From: Octopus sinensis | Taxonomy: Eukaryota | NCBI RefSeq assembly: GCF_006345805.1 | Contig: NW_021834876.1 | Coordinates: 1-45,609, forward strand | Direction: 5' to 3' | DNA length: 45,609 bases | In this document: piece by piece, positions 11,641 through 23,890 of the stretch | Layout of the letters: the number at the start of each line of letters is the position of its first letter | Numbering within the stretch: position 1 is the first letter of the stretch | Translations under genes and position numbers: made by a program | The notes under the pieces: model-generated | The model's input: only the letters and a program-made list of their open reading frames with translations | What the model was told of the DNA's origin: nothing | The model's database searches: none

Positions 11641-11917
11641 TATAAATACAGTGTACATTTAAACGCATAAGAGGTATCCATGATAGGACTACCTGCACGC
11701 TAGAGAGGAGAGTTAAATTCAAAACCACTATTAGGGATAAAATTTCGAATGGAATGAAAAATAAATGGTCCAGGAGTTATATGGTAAATGTTTTTATTTT
11801 TCATTCCATTCGACATTTTATCCCTAATAGTGGTTTGGAATTTAACTGTCCTTTCTAGCGAGCAGGTAGTCCTATGATGGATACCTCTTTTGTGTTTAAA
11901 TGTACACAGTATTTATA
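11641..11917. repeat. fold-back hairpin, about 125-bp arms and 27-nt loop
   Basis: 11641-11765 pairs with 11793-11917 with scattered mismatches. Confidence 0.88.
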
Positions 11918-12103
11918 TATATATGTATATATATATATATATATAGATATATATATATATATACATACAACCCACGCCCACAAACAACAACGCCACAACT
12001 CACGCGCGCAGACACACACATATAGCTCAAATTAATAGAAAAATAAAGACGAAAATAGGTGTAAGAACAACAAGCAAGTTCGACGCTCGAAAAAATAGAA
12101 AAG

Positions 12104-12141
12104 TCTTTCACGTTTCGAGCCTACGCTCTTCAGCAGAAAGG
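12104..12141 (-). ncRNA. decayed copy of the 6447 hammerhead family
   Basis: Minus strand CCTTT-CTGCTGA-AGAGCGTAGGCTC-GAAACGTG-AAAGAC; A6C and a G at the cleavage position predict inactivity. Confidence 0.6.
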
Positions 12142-12320
12142 ATTAAGAGGGAATAAATAGAGAGGGAATGAAAAAAAACCCTGTTGAGTTCAGTGGTTGA
12201 ACCTGGCGAATATATATATATATAGATATATATGTATGTATATATACACACACACATACATATTGAGTGTTTATTGAGAAGTTTTGCGTGTGTATTTATG
12301 TACAGCTCGTTTCTCTGTTT

Positions 12321-12351
<31 letters not shown>

Positions 12352-12842
12352 CTCTCAATATTTCTTTCTCTATCTCTCTCTTTCACAAGCACAAACATAC
12401 ACACACACATTCTCAGGAATGAATACCCACACATATTTTGTGCACCTGTGTATGTGTAGGTGTGTGCGTGTGAGTGTGTGTTTATGGACGGACCGATATA
12501 TTTCGAGATTGTAATGGCATTGTCATACGAATTTGATATTTCAATATCAGATACGCGACGTTTAATTAATATTAACGAAACGGTAACATTAGAAGCAAAC
12601 CAAACAAATACGTAAATAAGTAAATAAATAGTCATCACCATCATCATCATTATCATCATTACAGTCATCTTTATCGCCATATAATATATATTATATATGT
12701 ATATGTATATATATGTGTATATATAATATATATATATATATTTACATACTACATACATACATACATATATATACATATACATAGATACAAACTTATGCGT
12801 GTGAGTGCATATATATATATGTGCGTGTGTGTGTGTGTGTGT

Positions 12843-13167
12843 GGAGGCGCAATAGCCCAGTGTTTAGGGCAGTGTACTCACGGTCGTAGGATCGCGGTTT
12901 CGATTCCCAGACCGGGCGTTGTGAGTGTTTATTAAGCGAAAACACTCAAAAAAGCTCCACGACGCTCCGGTAGGGTTGGGTGGGGTGGTGGCGATTCCTG
13001 CTGTACTCTTTCGTCACAACTTTCTCTCACACTTTCTTCTGTTGGCCTGCTCGCTTAGCCAGCGGGGGTGGCGTCATTTGAAGGCTAAAACAATGCGAAG
13101 CGCATTGTGACCAGCGATGTTTAGCAACATCTGATAGCCTGGTCGGACACGGTGATCACGGTGATAT
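12843..13167 (+). mobile_element. tRNA-derived SINE, family C
   Basis: Head ggcgcaatagcccagtgtttagggc (A box) and ggtttcgattccc (B box), then a unique body. Confidence 0.7.
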
Positions 13168-13179
13168 AAATATTTATAA

Positions 13180-13650
13180 AATTACAGGAGTTGGATGCAA
13201 TATACAGGTGGGTAGAGGAAAGTAATATATAGTATGATGTTAGAAAATTCCTTCCAAACTCTGCGCTACCAAAACACGAAGCTGAATGAAAAGCAGACAG
13301 GAAACATTGGCCCAGGAGGGATTACAAAACCTGAATCAAAATCGGTGGGTGACCTAGACACCGGCATGAGTAAGATGCATCTTTCCAGATGCATATACTA
13401 AGTTAGCAACAAAATGCAGACGATTGGCCGAATGGATTCTTATAACTTTCAAAACGAGAGAATAGGAAACCCTGATGGTTCTTTGGAGGACATCAGTCCT
13501 CAGACGGTTAGATTACTGCTCAGAGCTGCGGTCATCAAAATGTAAAATTAACGATGGAAATCGAGGTGATTCAGGGAACTACACAAAGAAGGTCATCTCA
13601 ATGCGACATGTCGGCTACTGGGTGAGATTGAAAATGTTAAGACTCAGCTT
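13180..13650 (+). pseudogene. CR1/L2-like LINE reverse transcriptase C-terminal remnant
   Basis: LWRTSVLRRLDYCSELRS and MRHVGYWVRLKMLRL resemble the LxxSxVRPxLEYCSxxWSP and YxERLxxLxL motifs. Confidence 0.65.
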
Positions 13651-13658
13651 AATTATTA

Positions 13659-13699
<41 letters not shown>

Positions 13700-14160
13700 G
13701 AGTGAGAGAGCAGTTCATGCCATCAAAGTGACACTGGGGTAAAATATACGATGCCCAATATACCCATCATGACTACCCGTCTGATAAGGGTACACCAGGC
13801 ACATGCATCACAACCATATGTGCGCGACATGGTGATCTCATATCAAGATAAACAGTGCATGACCTTGTATGTGGGGCCCAGTTAGAATTTTCTTCTGATC
13901 GAGTAACCTATCCCGCTCAAAAGGCCCCTGAACAAGGGTTGTTTAAGGATGTTGAACGAAACACCCATGTTTCCAGAGGTGAATGATTCAGACCCCAAAG
14001 AATTCCTTCCAACACGTGGCTATGAAGCTCCCCCACTACTTCTGCTCATGATCAGAGATGCACATATCGTCAGTTACTAAGAGACATGCCCAACTTGTTA
14101 CGGTCAAACAACTGACAAACAAATCTGTGGTATTGAGCAGAATATTTGCTGTAGCCCATC

Positions 14161-14165
<5 letters not shown>
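13700..14165. repeat. unclassified interspersed repeat between (ATT)n tracts
   Basis: Complex sequence bounded by ATT arrays and adjacent to a tRNA-like head; recalled as a common octopus repeat but not verified. Confidence 0.4.
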
Positions 14166-14220
<55 letters not shown>

Positions 14221-14228
14221 GGTATTAT

Positions 14229-14297
14229 GGTCACTGCCTGGAATCGAACCCGGAATCTTGGGGTTAGTAGCCTGTGCTCTTAACCACTACACCATCT
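14229..14297 (-). mobile_element. tRNA-like SINE head
   Basis: Minus strand gatggtgtagtggttaagagc (A box)...ccgggttcgattccagg (B box); no proper acceptor stem. Confidence 0.6.
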
Positions 14298-14529
14298 TGG
14301 TGCCAATCATGGGTCAATATGCATTCTATACTATTTGTCTGAAAAATCCTATTTTGTAATTCACCAGATAAAAAATGTAATTGATTTGTTCATCACTAAA
14401 AACACGTTTGAAACAGCTGTAATGAACCTCAGCCCGTTTATATTATTATATATATAAATATGTGTGTGTGTGTGTGTATGTGTGTGTATGTGTGTGTATG
14501 TGTGTGAGTGAGTGTTTATACGGACATGC

Positions 14530-14755
14530 ATACAATACAAAATTATAGATCGATTTCAGCCGATTGAACCAATCGTTTTCGCACATGTGAGATTTCGAAA
14601 AATCCAATCCAGGCACTCGTCAGAAGGGCTGGCAGGAAAATTATAGCCCTATTGTTTCTTCAAGCCCTTCTAATGGACGCCGGTATTGAGATTTTCTTGT
14701 GTGTGAAACCGATTGGTATAAACGGCTGAACTGGATCTATAATATCGTATTGTAT
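14530..14755. repeat. diverged inverted repeat with a decayed hammerhead in each arm
   Basis: Minus arm AGCCCTT-CTGACGA...GAAAAC; plus arm AGCCCTT-CTAATGG-ACGC..GTGT-GAAACCGATTGGTA..AACGGCT. Confidence 0.6.
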
Positions 14756-14880
14756 AAATATTTGTATACCCGCTATTTTGACAAATATATGACTCCCTGT
14801 TTTTCTAACTTATGGATTCTTGCACATACACGCACACACATTTTTTGTATATACATATATGTATGCATATATATACATAC

Positions 14881-14931
<51 letters not shown>

Positions 14932-15022
14932 TATGTACATATAATAAATATATGTATATGTATGTATATATAACTATATATATATATATATGATATATAT
15001 ATAATATATATATATATATATA

Positions 15023-15063
<41 letters not shown>

Positions 15064-15087
15064 GTACACATATATAGATATAGAATA

Positions 15088-15119
<32 letters not shown>

Positions 15120-15159
15120 CACGCACACATAAGCATACCGTCAACATATATATGACGAT

Positions 15160-16030
15160 TGTGATAATGATGGTGATGGTGATGAGAATAGCAATAACTA
15201 TTTATAAATCATTATGACGACGACGACGACGACGATGATGATGATGGTAGTGGTTGTGGTGATGGTGGTGGTGGTGATTACGGTAGTGGTGATAACGGTA
15301 GTGGTGACAATGGTGATGTTGTTGACGATCACTTTCATTACCGTGACCAGAATCTTCTTTGTAATGATTTTGTTATTTCATGGGTTGCCTGCCCCTGTCC
15401 CTGCGCCCCGTCCAACTCCTTCTGCCGCCTCACTCCCACTCGCCCACCCACACTTGTTGCTGTTTTTACCATTACTCACCAATCGCTGTGATCAATCAAG
15501 TGAACGCCATATTTATTATCTTATGTTCATCTCAATAGCTTCACAAATACCACAACACCACCCAAACCACCACAACCACCACCATCATCACCAACATCAC
15601 ATGCACTACCACTACCGCCACCACCACCGCTACCACCATAACTTCGACTATCAGAGCCATTGCTACCGCAACCACCACCACCACCACCACCACACTATCA
15701 CAACCAAAACCACCATCATGACAACACCACCGCTGTCGCAACCATCATTACTACCACCACCTACACCGACACCACCACAAACACCACAACCACCACCAAC
15801 CGCCACAACCACCACCACTTCTACCACAACCCCCGCTCACTACAGCCACGTGTTCCAGCACCGCCACCACGGTTAACTCAGCCACCAACACCATCAACGC
15901 CACCACCACCACCGTCACCACAGCCACCACCACTTCTACCACAACCCCCGCTCACCAACACCACCACCACCGTCACCAACTCCACCAACTCCACAACCAC
16001 CACTTCTATCACAACCCACCCTCATAACAG
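15160..16030. repeat. (GTG/GAT)n followed by (CAC/ACC)n low-complexity block
   Basis: Direct; internal about 30-bp duplication near 15810 and 15925. Confidence 0.85.
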
Positions 16031-16095
16031 CGACATGTTCAAACACTAGTACCTTTATAACTCGCCCAGACGTCATTACCATTCCTACGAAGTCT

Positions 16096-16440
16096 GCGAG
16101 CTGGCAGAATCGTTAGCATGCCGGGCGAAATGCCGCTACGTCCTGAGTTCAAATTCCGCTGAGGTCGACTTTGCCTTTCATCCTTTCGGGGTCGATAAAT
16201 TAAGTACCAGTTGAGTACTGGGGTTGATGTAGTGTAATCGACTGGCCCCTCCCCCAAAATTTATGGCCTTGTGCCTATTGTAGAAAAGAATCGTTAGCAC
16301 GCCGGGCAAAATGCTTAGCAGTATTTCGTCTGCCGCTACGTTCTGAGTTCAAATTCCGCCGGGGTTGACGTTGAGGCCTGGGGTCGATGTAATCGACCTG
16401 CCCCTTCCCCCAAAATTTCGTACCTTGTGCCTATAGTAGA
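16096..16440 (+). mobile_element. two tandem SINE family A copies
   Basis: gaatcgttagca and gagttcaaattccgc each occur twice. Confidence 0.8.
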
Positions 16441-16688
16441 ATTAATTATCATTTCTACGATTGCTCGCCATCAACAGCACCACTGAGGGCATGAGCTCTC
16501 CATCACTACAAACAACACTGGTCGAAATTCTTTTAACTCCACAATTCAACTTTATGTTTCACCCAAAAAGAGAAAACAATAAAAACTAGCAGTGCCCCAG
16601 CATGGCCACAGCCTCAGGGCTGAAACAAAAGAATAAAAGCATTTCTCTACATCCCGAAAGCCAGTACAGAATTCAAATTCCACTAAAA

Positions 16689-16985
16689 TAGTGGTTCTCA
16701 ACCGGGGTCCATTTGGCCCCTGAGGGTCCACATCAGATATTTGGGGGCCCCTACAACAAAATAGAAAATTGGGGATCCACAATGATATTTTAAAGGCCCC
16801 TGCTTTAGACGTAGGCATTGGTAAGGTAAGAAACAGGTAGGTAATACGCAATTAATGTGTGAAACTATTAATAAATAACAGTCTGTAAAACTAGTTTTTA
16901 AACATGGAATGGTTACAAGGGTCCACCAGAATAAAATAGTAATCAAAGGGGTTTCATAGATTTAAAAAATGTTTGAGAACCCCTA
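16689..16985. mobile_element. hAT-type MITE
   Basis: TIRs tagtggttctcaac and ttgagaacccta; 8-bp TSD cactaaaa/ctctaaaa (7 of 8 match). Confidence 0.8.
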
Positions 16986-17222
16986 CTCTAAAAGTACTAT
17001 CGATATCATCATTATGTACTATCACCAACACTGGCACCAAAAATTCAGCTTCCGTCTCAACAGTATTTGAAAACAGTGTGTGTGTGTGTGTGTGTGTGTT
17101 GTTGTGCGGAAATAACAGTCAAAACTATTATTTAAATCGTCAAAATTACACTGATCATAACTACAGAAATCAACCGAAAGCAGATCAAGTTAATAAAATC
17201 TAACTTACATTTAAGTATAAGA

Positions 17223-17277
17223 TCTCACGTGAACCGGTTTCTGTACTGGCAAATTAAAATCACAGTCATCAGTGAAA
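17223..17277 (-). ncRNA. hammerhead candidate, intact core but stem I offset by 4 nt
   Basis: Minus strand TTTCA-CTGATGA-C-TGTG...TACA-GAAAC-CG-GTT-cacg-TGAGA. Confidence 0.5.
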
Positions 17278-17609
17278 GAAAATACTCTCTATACAAGAGC
17301 AAATAATTTGCGGGAAAAAATTTCATTCTCGTGATGAATATCTGCTATATATATATATATATCTATATATATATATATATATATATATGTTAATAATAAT
17401 AATAATTGACAGCAAAAAGAATGAATGAGACCTCGATATTATGTAAATAGAGGAATTTATCTATAAATATAATATGTGACAATTAGTTGGTTGTCATAAT
17501 AAAACTCAGAGTTTCGGATGCCGGGGCTGATTGGAATAATTTTCCTTTATTCAACGATATTTTTTCATAGCGTTTTTGTTTGTCTTAATAACTGATGAGA
17601 TGCCGAAGC

Positions 17610-17885
17610 AGACTGCTTTCAGTTTCAGTCTCACAAATCTTTGGTCGGCCACCCAAGGTGCCACGCAATAGGGCTGAACCTGGAACCATGTATTAGGAAC
17701 CAAGCATCTTACTACACAGCCACGACGAGTTTACACAGTTTCCGTCCATTAAATTCATTCACAAAGACATTGATCGACTCGGAGCTATAGTAGAAAGCCC
17801 TTGCCCAAGGTGCCGCGTGCCCAAGATGCCGCGTCGTGAGACTGAATCCCAAACTCCATGGACGCAAAGTGGGCTTCTAAACCTC
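17610..17885 (-). mobile_element. two SINE family B head fragments
   Basis: cccaaggtgccacgc and ctgaacctggaaccatg repeated, matching the family B head. Confidence 0.65.
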
Positions 17886-17929
17886 GCAGACATATCTACA
17901 CTATATAGCGATAGGGGTGGGGCCTATTT

Positions 17930-18375
17930 CTGGACCACCACCACCATCACAGTGACCACCATCACAACAACATTCACAACCCCCACCACCAACACCACCA
18001 CAACCACCACAACCACTACTAACACCACAACCATCACCACTACCACAACCACCACAGTCACCCCCAGCACCACAAATACCATCACCACAAACACCACTAA
18101 CACCACCACCATCACAACCACTACCACCGCCACCACTACTACTATTATTATTATTGCAATGACCACCATTAAAGCCACTAATATTACTACCGTCATTAAC
18201 CCCCGTGACCACCTCCACAGCTACCTCATCATCCACTGCTACTGCTCCTTCTCATCTGCTGCCACAGCCCTATTCCACAAACCTCTACTGCAGATCTTGC
18301 TCACCGGGCCTCACCAGCCCTCACCAGCCCTCACTAGTCCTCACCAGCCCTCATCAACCCTGACCAGCCCTCTCC
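17930..18375. repeat. (CAC/ACC)n block followed by 10-bp CACCAGCCCT tandem repeat (about 18302-18371)
   Basis: Direct. Confidence 0.85.
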
Positions 18376-18613
18376 ACATTCTTTTTTTTTATTCATCTTC
18401 CTTCTGTTCTTTTATTCTCCTGTCTTGTTCTACCGTCTTATCTCGCCATACATCGTGGCTCTGGTGTTATATTTGTACACGGGGCCCATCTATACTGCAT
18501 GTGTGTGTGTGTGTGTGCATATATCTGTCTGTATGTATATCTATACATATACATATATAAGTACGTGTATCTAATTATCTATCTGTCAATCTCCTCTCTC
18601 TCTCTCTCTCTCT

Positions 18614-18705
<92 letters not shown>

Positions 18706-19269
18706 CATATACATATTTATTTATCTATCAAATGTGTGTGTTGTACACACACAGACATACAGATGTATACATGTGTAGTATATCCATTTAACATATTTCC
18801 ACACGTAATCAATATTTGTATGTATTGTGTAGATGCGTATTGTACGTATATATGAGTGTATGCATACATAAAATATATATACGTATACATATATACATGT
18901 ATATATATACACGTATATATACATATATGTAGTATATCACATATATATATAGATATAATATATATAATATATATATATATATATGACATCTTCATATATA
19001 TGTCACATATCATATACATGTTTTATCTATATAAGTCCATGCTTGCTGTATACAATATATCCGTTGGTTAGCGCCAAATATAGTTCTAATGGCACATCGG
19101 TTGCGGCATTTTTATGGCCGTTTTACAACACGTTTTGGTCAGTTTTACAGTACCGCCTGCTGTAGTATTTATTTATTACCCAGCTCCATGTCTATATATT
19201 GAGTACCCGCCCCTGTTCCCCCGTATCCTTTCTTCCCCCACAATCAACCTCCACCCCTCCTGACGCTCA

Positions 19270-19885
19270 CATACACTGAACACTACCACCGCTACCAACA
19301 CCAATAATGCCGCGTCCAACATTACTATAACCACCGCCTCCACCGCGGCTGCCGCCGCCGCCGCCGCCACTCTGATTTTGTTTCTACGACTATCACAAAC
19401 GCTGATAACAACGCCGCCATCGTCACTACTAACACCTATACTACTGTCACGCTACCACCAACACCACAGCCAATACCACCATAACAGCGGTCACGAACAC
19501 AGCCAATAGCAACAGCAGCTTAACCACCACCACCACCACCATCACCACCACTACCACCATCACCACTACCATTTCCGCCTCACTGTCACCACCACCACCA
19601 CCACCCACCACCACCTCCACCGCCGTCACCATCACTACCGCCTTCACCACGACCAGCATAACCACAACAGCGACCAGCACCACCTTCTCACTACCACCAA
19701 CGCCATAACCAACATCACCACAATAACAATCACAACTACCTCCCCTACCACCATCACCACCACCACTACTGCCACAATCACCACCACCTCCACCTCCACC
19801 ACCACCTGCACAACACCCTCCAGCACCATCACCTTCATCACCAACTCTATCTCCATCATCTGCACCACCACCACCACCACTACAG
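19270..19885. repeat. (CAC/ACC)n low-complexity block
   Basis: Direct. Confidence 0.85.
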
Positions 19886-20121
19886 TTACTGGGAATGATT
19901 ACATAGACTGGGGTTCATATGACTTTTGAGGTCTAAATAAGGTTCTGTCGTTAAAATTTACCTTGCAATAAATTGCTGTCTAAATTACACAAAATATTTT
20001 AATTATATCTTTTATACAATTGCTAATGATATTTAATTATGAAAATACAATACAACTTTTTCAAACATCGGATGGCGTGAAGGGTCCATCTGAGTTAAGT
20101 AAGAATCAGGATGGGTCCATA

Positions 20122-20300
20122 CTTTTTTACTTGTTTCAGTCATTTGACTGCGGCCATGCAGGATTTATTCTTTGTAAGCCTAGTACTTATTCTATCGGTC
20201 TATTTTGCCGAACCGCTAAGTTTCGGGGACGTAAACACACCAGCATCGGTTGTCAAGCGATGTTGGGAGGACAAACACAGACACACAAACGTATACATAG

Positions 20301-20332
<32 letters not shown>

Positions 20333-20499
20333 GCATGTATATACGACGGGCTTCTTTCAGTTTCTGTCTACCAAAGCCACTCACGAGGCTTTGGTCGGCC
20401 CGAGGCTATAGTAGAAGACACTTGCCCAAGCTTCCACGCTGTGAGACTGAACCATTTGGTTGGTAAGCAAGCTACTTACCACACAGCCACTTCTCTGCC
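20122..20499 (-). mobile_element. SINE family B
   Basis: Full tail-to-head match to the copy at 37104. Confidence 0.85.
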
Positions 20500-20539
20500 T
20501 ATAGGTAAAAGATGGTTGAGAAACATTGGGTCTATATTC

Positions 20540-21010
20540 TAATGAGAATGATAACATTGTCTACAGCGTTCTTTCACTTACTGGAAACTGTTACACTGTG
20601 CGTAGCCATCTGTCAATTATTGAGAACGATCGCAGTCACCATGACCTTCTGTTAGTTAACGGGAGTAATTACATTGTCAAAATTCTTCTGCAAGTCTTGA
20701 GGAATGATTACACTGCCTTAATCTTCCTTTCACTTATTGGTAAAGATTACATTCTCTCTACTTTTCTGTTTGATAATGGTAATGATTGCATTGTCTACAT
20801 CTTGTTAATTAATGAGAACGATTACATTGTCTTCAGTCAGTTATTGGGAATGATTATTCTGTCTATATCCATCAGTCAGTTATTGAGAATAATCCCATTG
20901 TATATGTCCTTCGGAAAGCGTTTATATTTTCTACATTCTTCTGCCAATCTTGGAATAATTACCCTGTCATTTTATCATTTTGACTGTTATTGTGAATGAT
21001 TACATTGATA
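20540..21010. repeat. highly diverged 39-bp tandem repeat
   Basis: gagaatgattacattgtc-like word recurs about every 39 bp. Confidence 0.75.
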
Positions 21011-21121
21011 TGTCCTCATGTTAACATACTATGTATAAACAATTGACTTCATCCTTCTGACAGTTGTATATATATACATAGATACATATATACATGTACA
21101 TATATATATTTCTATAAATAA

Positions 21122-21510
21122 GGCGGCGAGCTGGCAGAAACGTTAGCACGCCGGGCGATATGCGTAGCCGTATTTCATCTGCCGTTACGTTCTGAGTTCA
21201 AATTCCGCCGAGGTCGACTTTGCCTTTCATCCTTTCGGGGTCGATAAATTAAGTACCAGTTACGCACTGGGGTCGATGTAATCGACTTACTTCGTTTGTT
21301 TGTCCTTGTTTGTCCCCTCTGTGTTTAGCCCCTTGTGGGTAGTAAAGAAATAGGTATTTCCTCTGCCGTTACGTTGTGAATTCAAATTCCGCCGAGATCG
21401 ACTTTGCCTTTCATCCTTTCGGGGTCGATAAAATTAGGTACCAGTTGCGTACTGAGGTGGATCTAATCGACTGTCCCCTCTATGTTTAGCCCCTTGTAGG
21501 TAGTCAAGAA
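21122..21510 (+). mobile_element. SINE family A, full monomer plus headless second monomer
   Basis: ggcggcgagctggcagaaacgttagc head; restart at aaataggtatttc near 21348. Confidence 0.9.
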
Positions 21511-22062
21511 ACATATATGTCTATAAATGCGGATAAATAAACAAAAGTGTGTGTGTAAACACATACATGTAAACATCCATAGACACACAAATGCATAAAC
21601 GCCAGGACCTACATATACATGCACATATAAATACGTACATGTATGCTTACACAGATGCATGTATTTGTACGCATAGCATGCGCGCACGCACATGTATATG
21701 CATACACATTCTTCATTAAAGAAAAATGTTTAAGAGGAAAAAAGAGCACGACGGAGCACAGCTACGCAAACATAAACGTATACATGTGTGTGCGTGTATG
21801 TACGTACGTATGTATGTATGTAAATATGGTGTATGTATGTATATGCACACACACACACACACAAAAGTATATATATACATTCATACATATCCATAAACAC
21901 ACATAGTTATATTCATATGCATATATAGGTAATATGTATATATATATGTATATATATGTATATATATACATATATATATATATACATATATATGTACATA
22001 TATATACATACATATATATATATACATATATATATACATACATATATATATATACATACATA

Positions 22063-22093
<31 letters not shown>

Positions 22094-22098
22094 GTATT

Positions 22099-22151
<53 letters not shown>

Positions 22152-22516
22152 ATATATATATACACATACACACACCACACATACTCAGATGCACGTACGG
22201 AACGGATGCACATACAGATTCTATACAAAGTATGCTTCCGTGAAACTCGTTAAGCATATGTGTGTGCGTGTGCGTATGTGTGTGTGTATGTATGTATGTA
22301 TGTATATATGTATGTATGTATGTATGCATGCATGTATGTATGTATGCATGTATGTATATATGTACGTGAACATAGACAGCTAAACAAATAAGAAATTTAG
22401 GAAACGAACTAACAAACAAACAAAAAAATATATACGCGAGTCCCGTTTTAGCAAAGAAATTGATCCAAAATGCATACTCGAAAAAAAAAAGAAATGTTAC
22501 GATTGACTAAAATTCA

Positions 22517-22561
22517 AAATGTCCTGATAATGAGTAGCGAGTACATGAAACATTGGCGTTT
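22517..22561 (+). ncRNA. decayed type-I hammerhead
   Basis: AAATGTC-CTGATAA-stem II-GAAACATT-GGCGTTT; 7-bp stem I with two G-U pairs, core changes G8A and CG>CA. Confidence 0.5.
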
Positions 22562-22849
22562 GCGGTGATATTCCAGAGTGAATTTTCATTTGGCTATTAA
22601 GACATCTTGAAAAGCAATTGTAAACTGATAGAGCAGATAGGCAGCTGTGTTACTGAACTAGTAGTATAGGGCACATACACGCTGCCTCTCCACGCTTGCC
22701 TTTAGCTTCCTTCCTTCCTTTTTCTGCGAAATGGTTCTTGCTACAGCTAGGGAACAACCCTCTGAGTTATTCCTGAGCGCAGGCTCTTCAGAAATGCGCA
22801 AGTTTCGAGTCCTCGTTCGTAATCGCGCGTAGATTAGCAAACGCGTGCA

Positions 22850-23370
22850 ACACACAACACACACACACATACACACACAGAGTCACACACACACACACAC
22901 ACACGCAGACACACACACACACACATACACGTACACACACACGCACACACACATACACACACACACATACACACACAGAGTCACACACACACACACACAC
23001 ACGCAGACACACACACACACACATACACGTACACACACACGCACACACACATACACACACACCATCACACACACAGAGTCACCACACACACACCACACGC
23101 AGACACACACACACCACACATAAACGTACAACACCCGCGCACAACACATAACACACACACAAATACACACACACATCACACACACACGCAACCGCACACG
23201 CACACGCACCAACACGCACACACACATACACACACACACACATACACACACACATCACACACACACGCACACGCACACGCACACACACACACACGCACAC
23301 ACACATACACATACACACACAGAGTCACACAGAGTCACACACACACAGACAAACGCACACACACACACAC
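22850..23370. repeat. degenerate (CA)n with internal about 100-bp duplication
   Basis: Direct. Confidence 0.9.
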
Positions 23371-23890
23371 TCATTCATAGTTACATTTTTATACACATAT
23401 ATACGTACATTCATATAAATATGTGTGTGTGTATATATGTATTCCTAAGGATATGCTACGTCTGTAAAGATCCGTACACACACACAGGCTTCTATATCTC
23501 TTATAACTATGTCTCTCTCTCAACCCCTCCTTTCCCTTTCTGCCCCTCTGTATATGTGTGTGTATACGTGTGCAGGCATGTGCATGTGTGTAAGTACCAG
23601 CCTTTGTGCTGGTTTGCTAGTGTGCGCATGTGTTTGTATCTCTACCATTCTTCATCTTCTTTGCCTCCTCCTCCTTTTCCTCCTCCACTCAATACCTCCA
23701 TTATTGTCTCTCCAAGGGAGACTACCTTTCCCCCTCTTTTACTCTCCCTCCCCAGTCCCTCTCTCTCCTTCGTTCTCTCCTTCATCTCTCTCTCTCTCTC
23801 TCTCATTCCTTCGTTCTCTCCCCCTACTCTCTCTCCCTCGCTCTCTCCACAAGCACTGAACTCTCTTCTCCTTTATCGTTTTTTCTTTTA

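Noticed and set aside
14229-14297. Possible tRNA gene
   Set aside because: A and B boxes are present but no complete cloverleaf, and it runs into (AAT)n; treated as a SINE head.
14388-14427. GTTCAT...GAAACAGCTGTA-ATGAAC half-hammerhead
   Set aside because: Stems I and III fit, but the box reads CTAAAAA and stem II is essentially absent.
22232-22257. ATGCTT-CCGT-GAAACTCGTT-AAGCAT
   Set aside because: No CUGANGA and no stem II; could be a chance hairpin.
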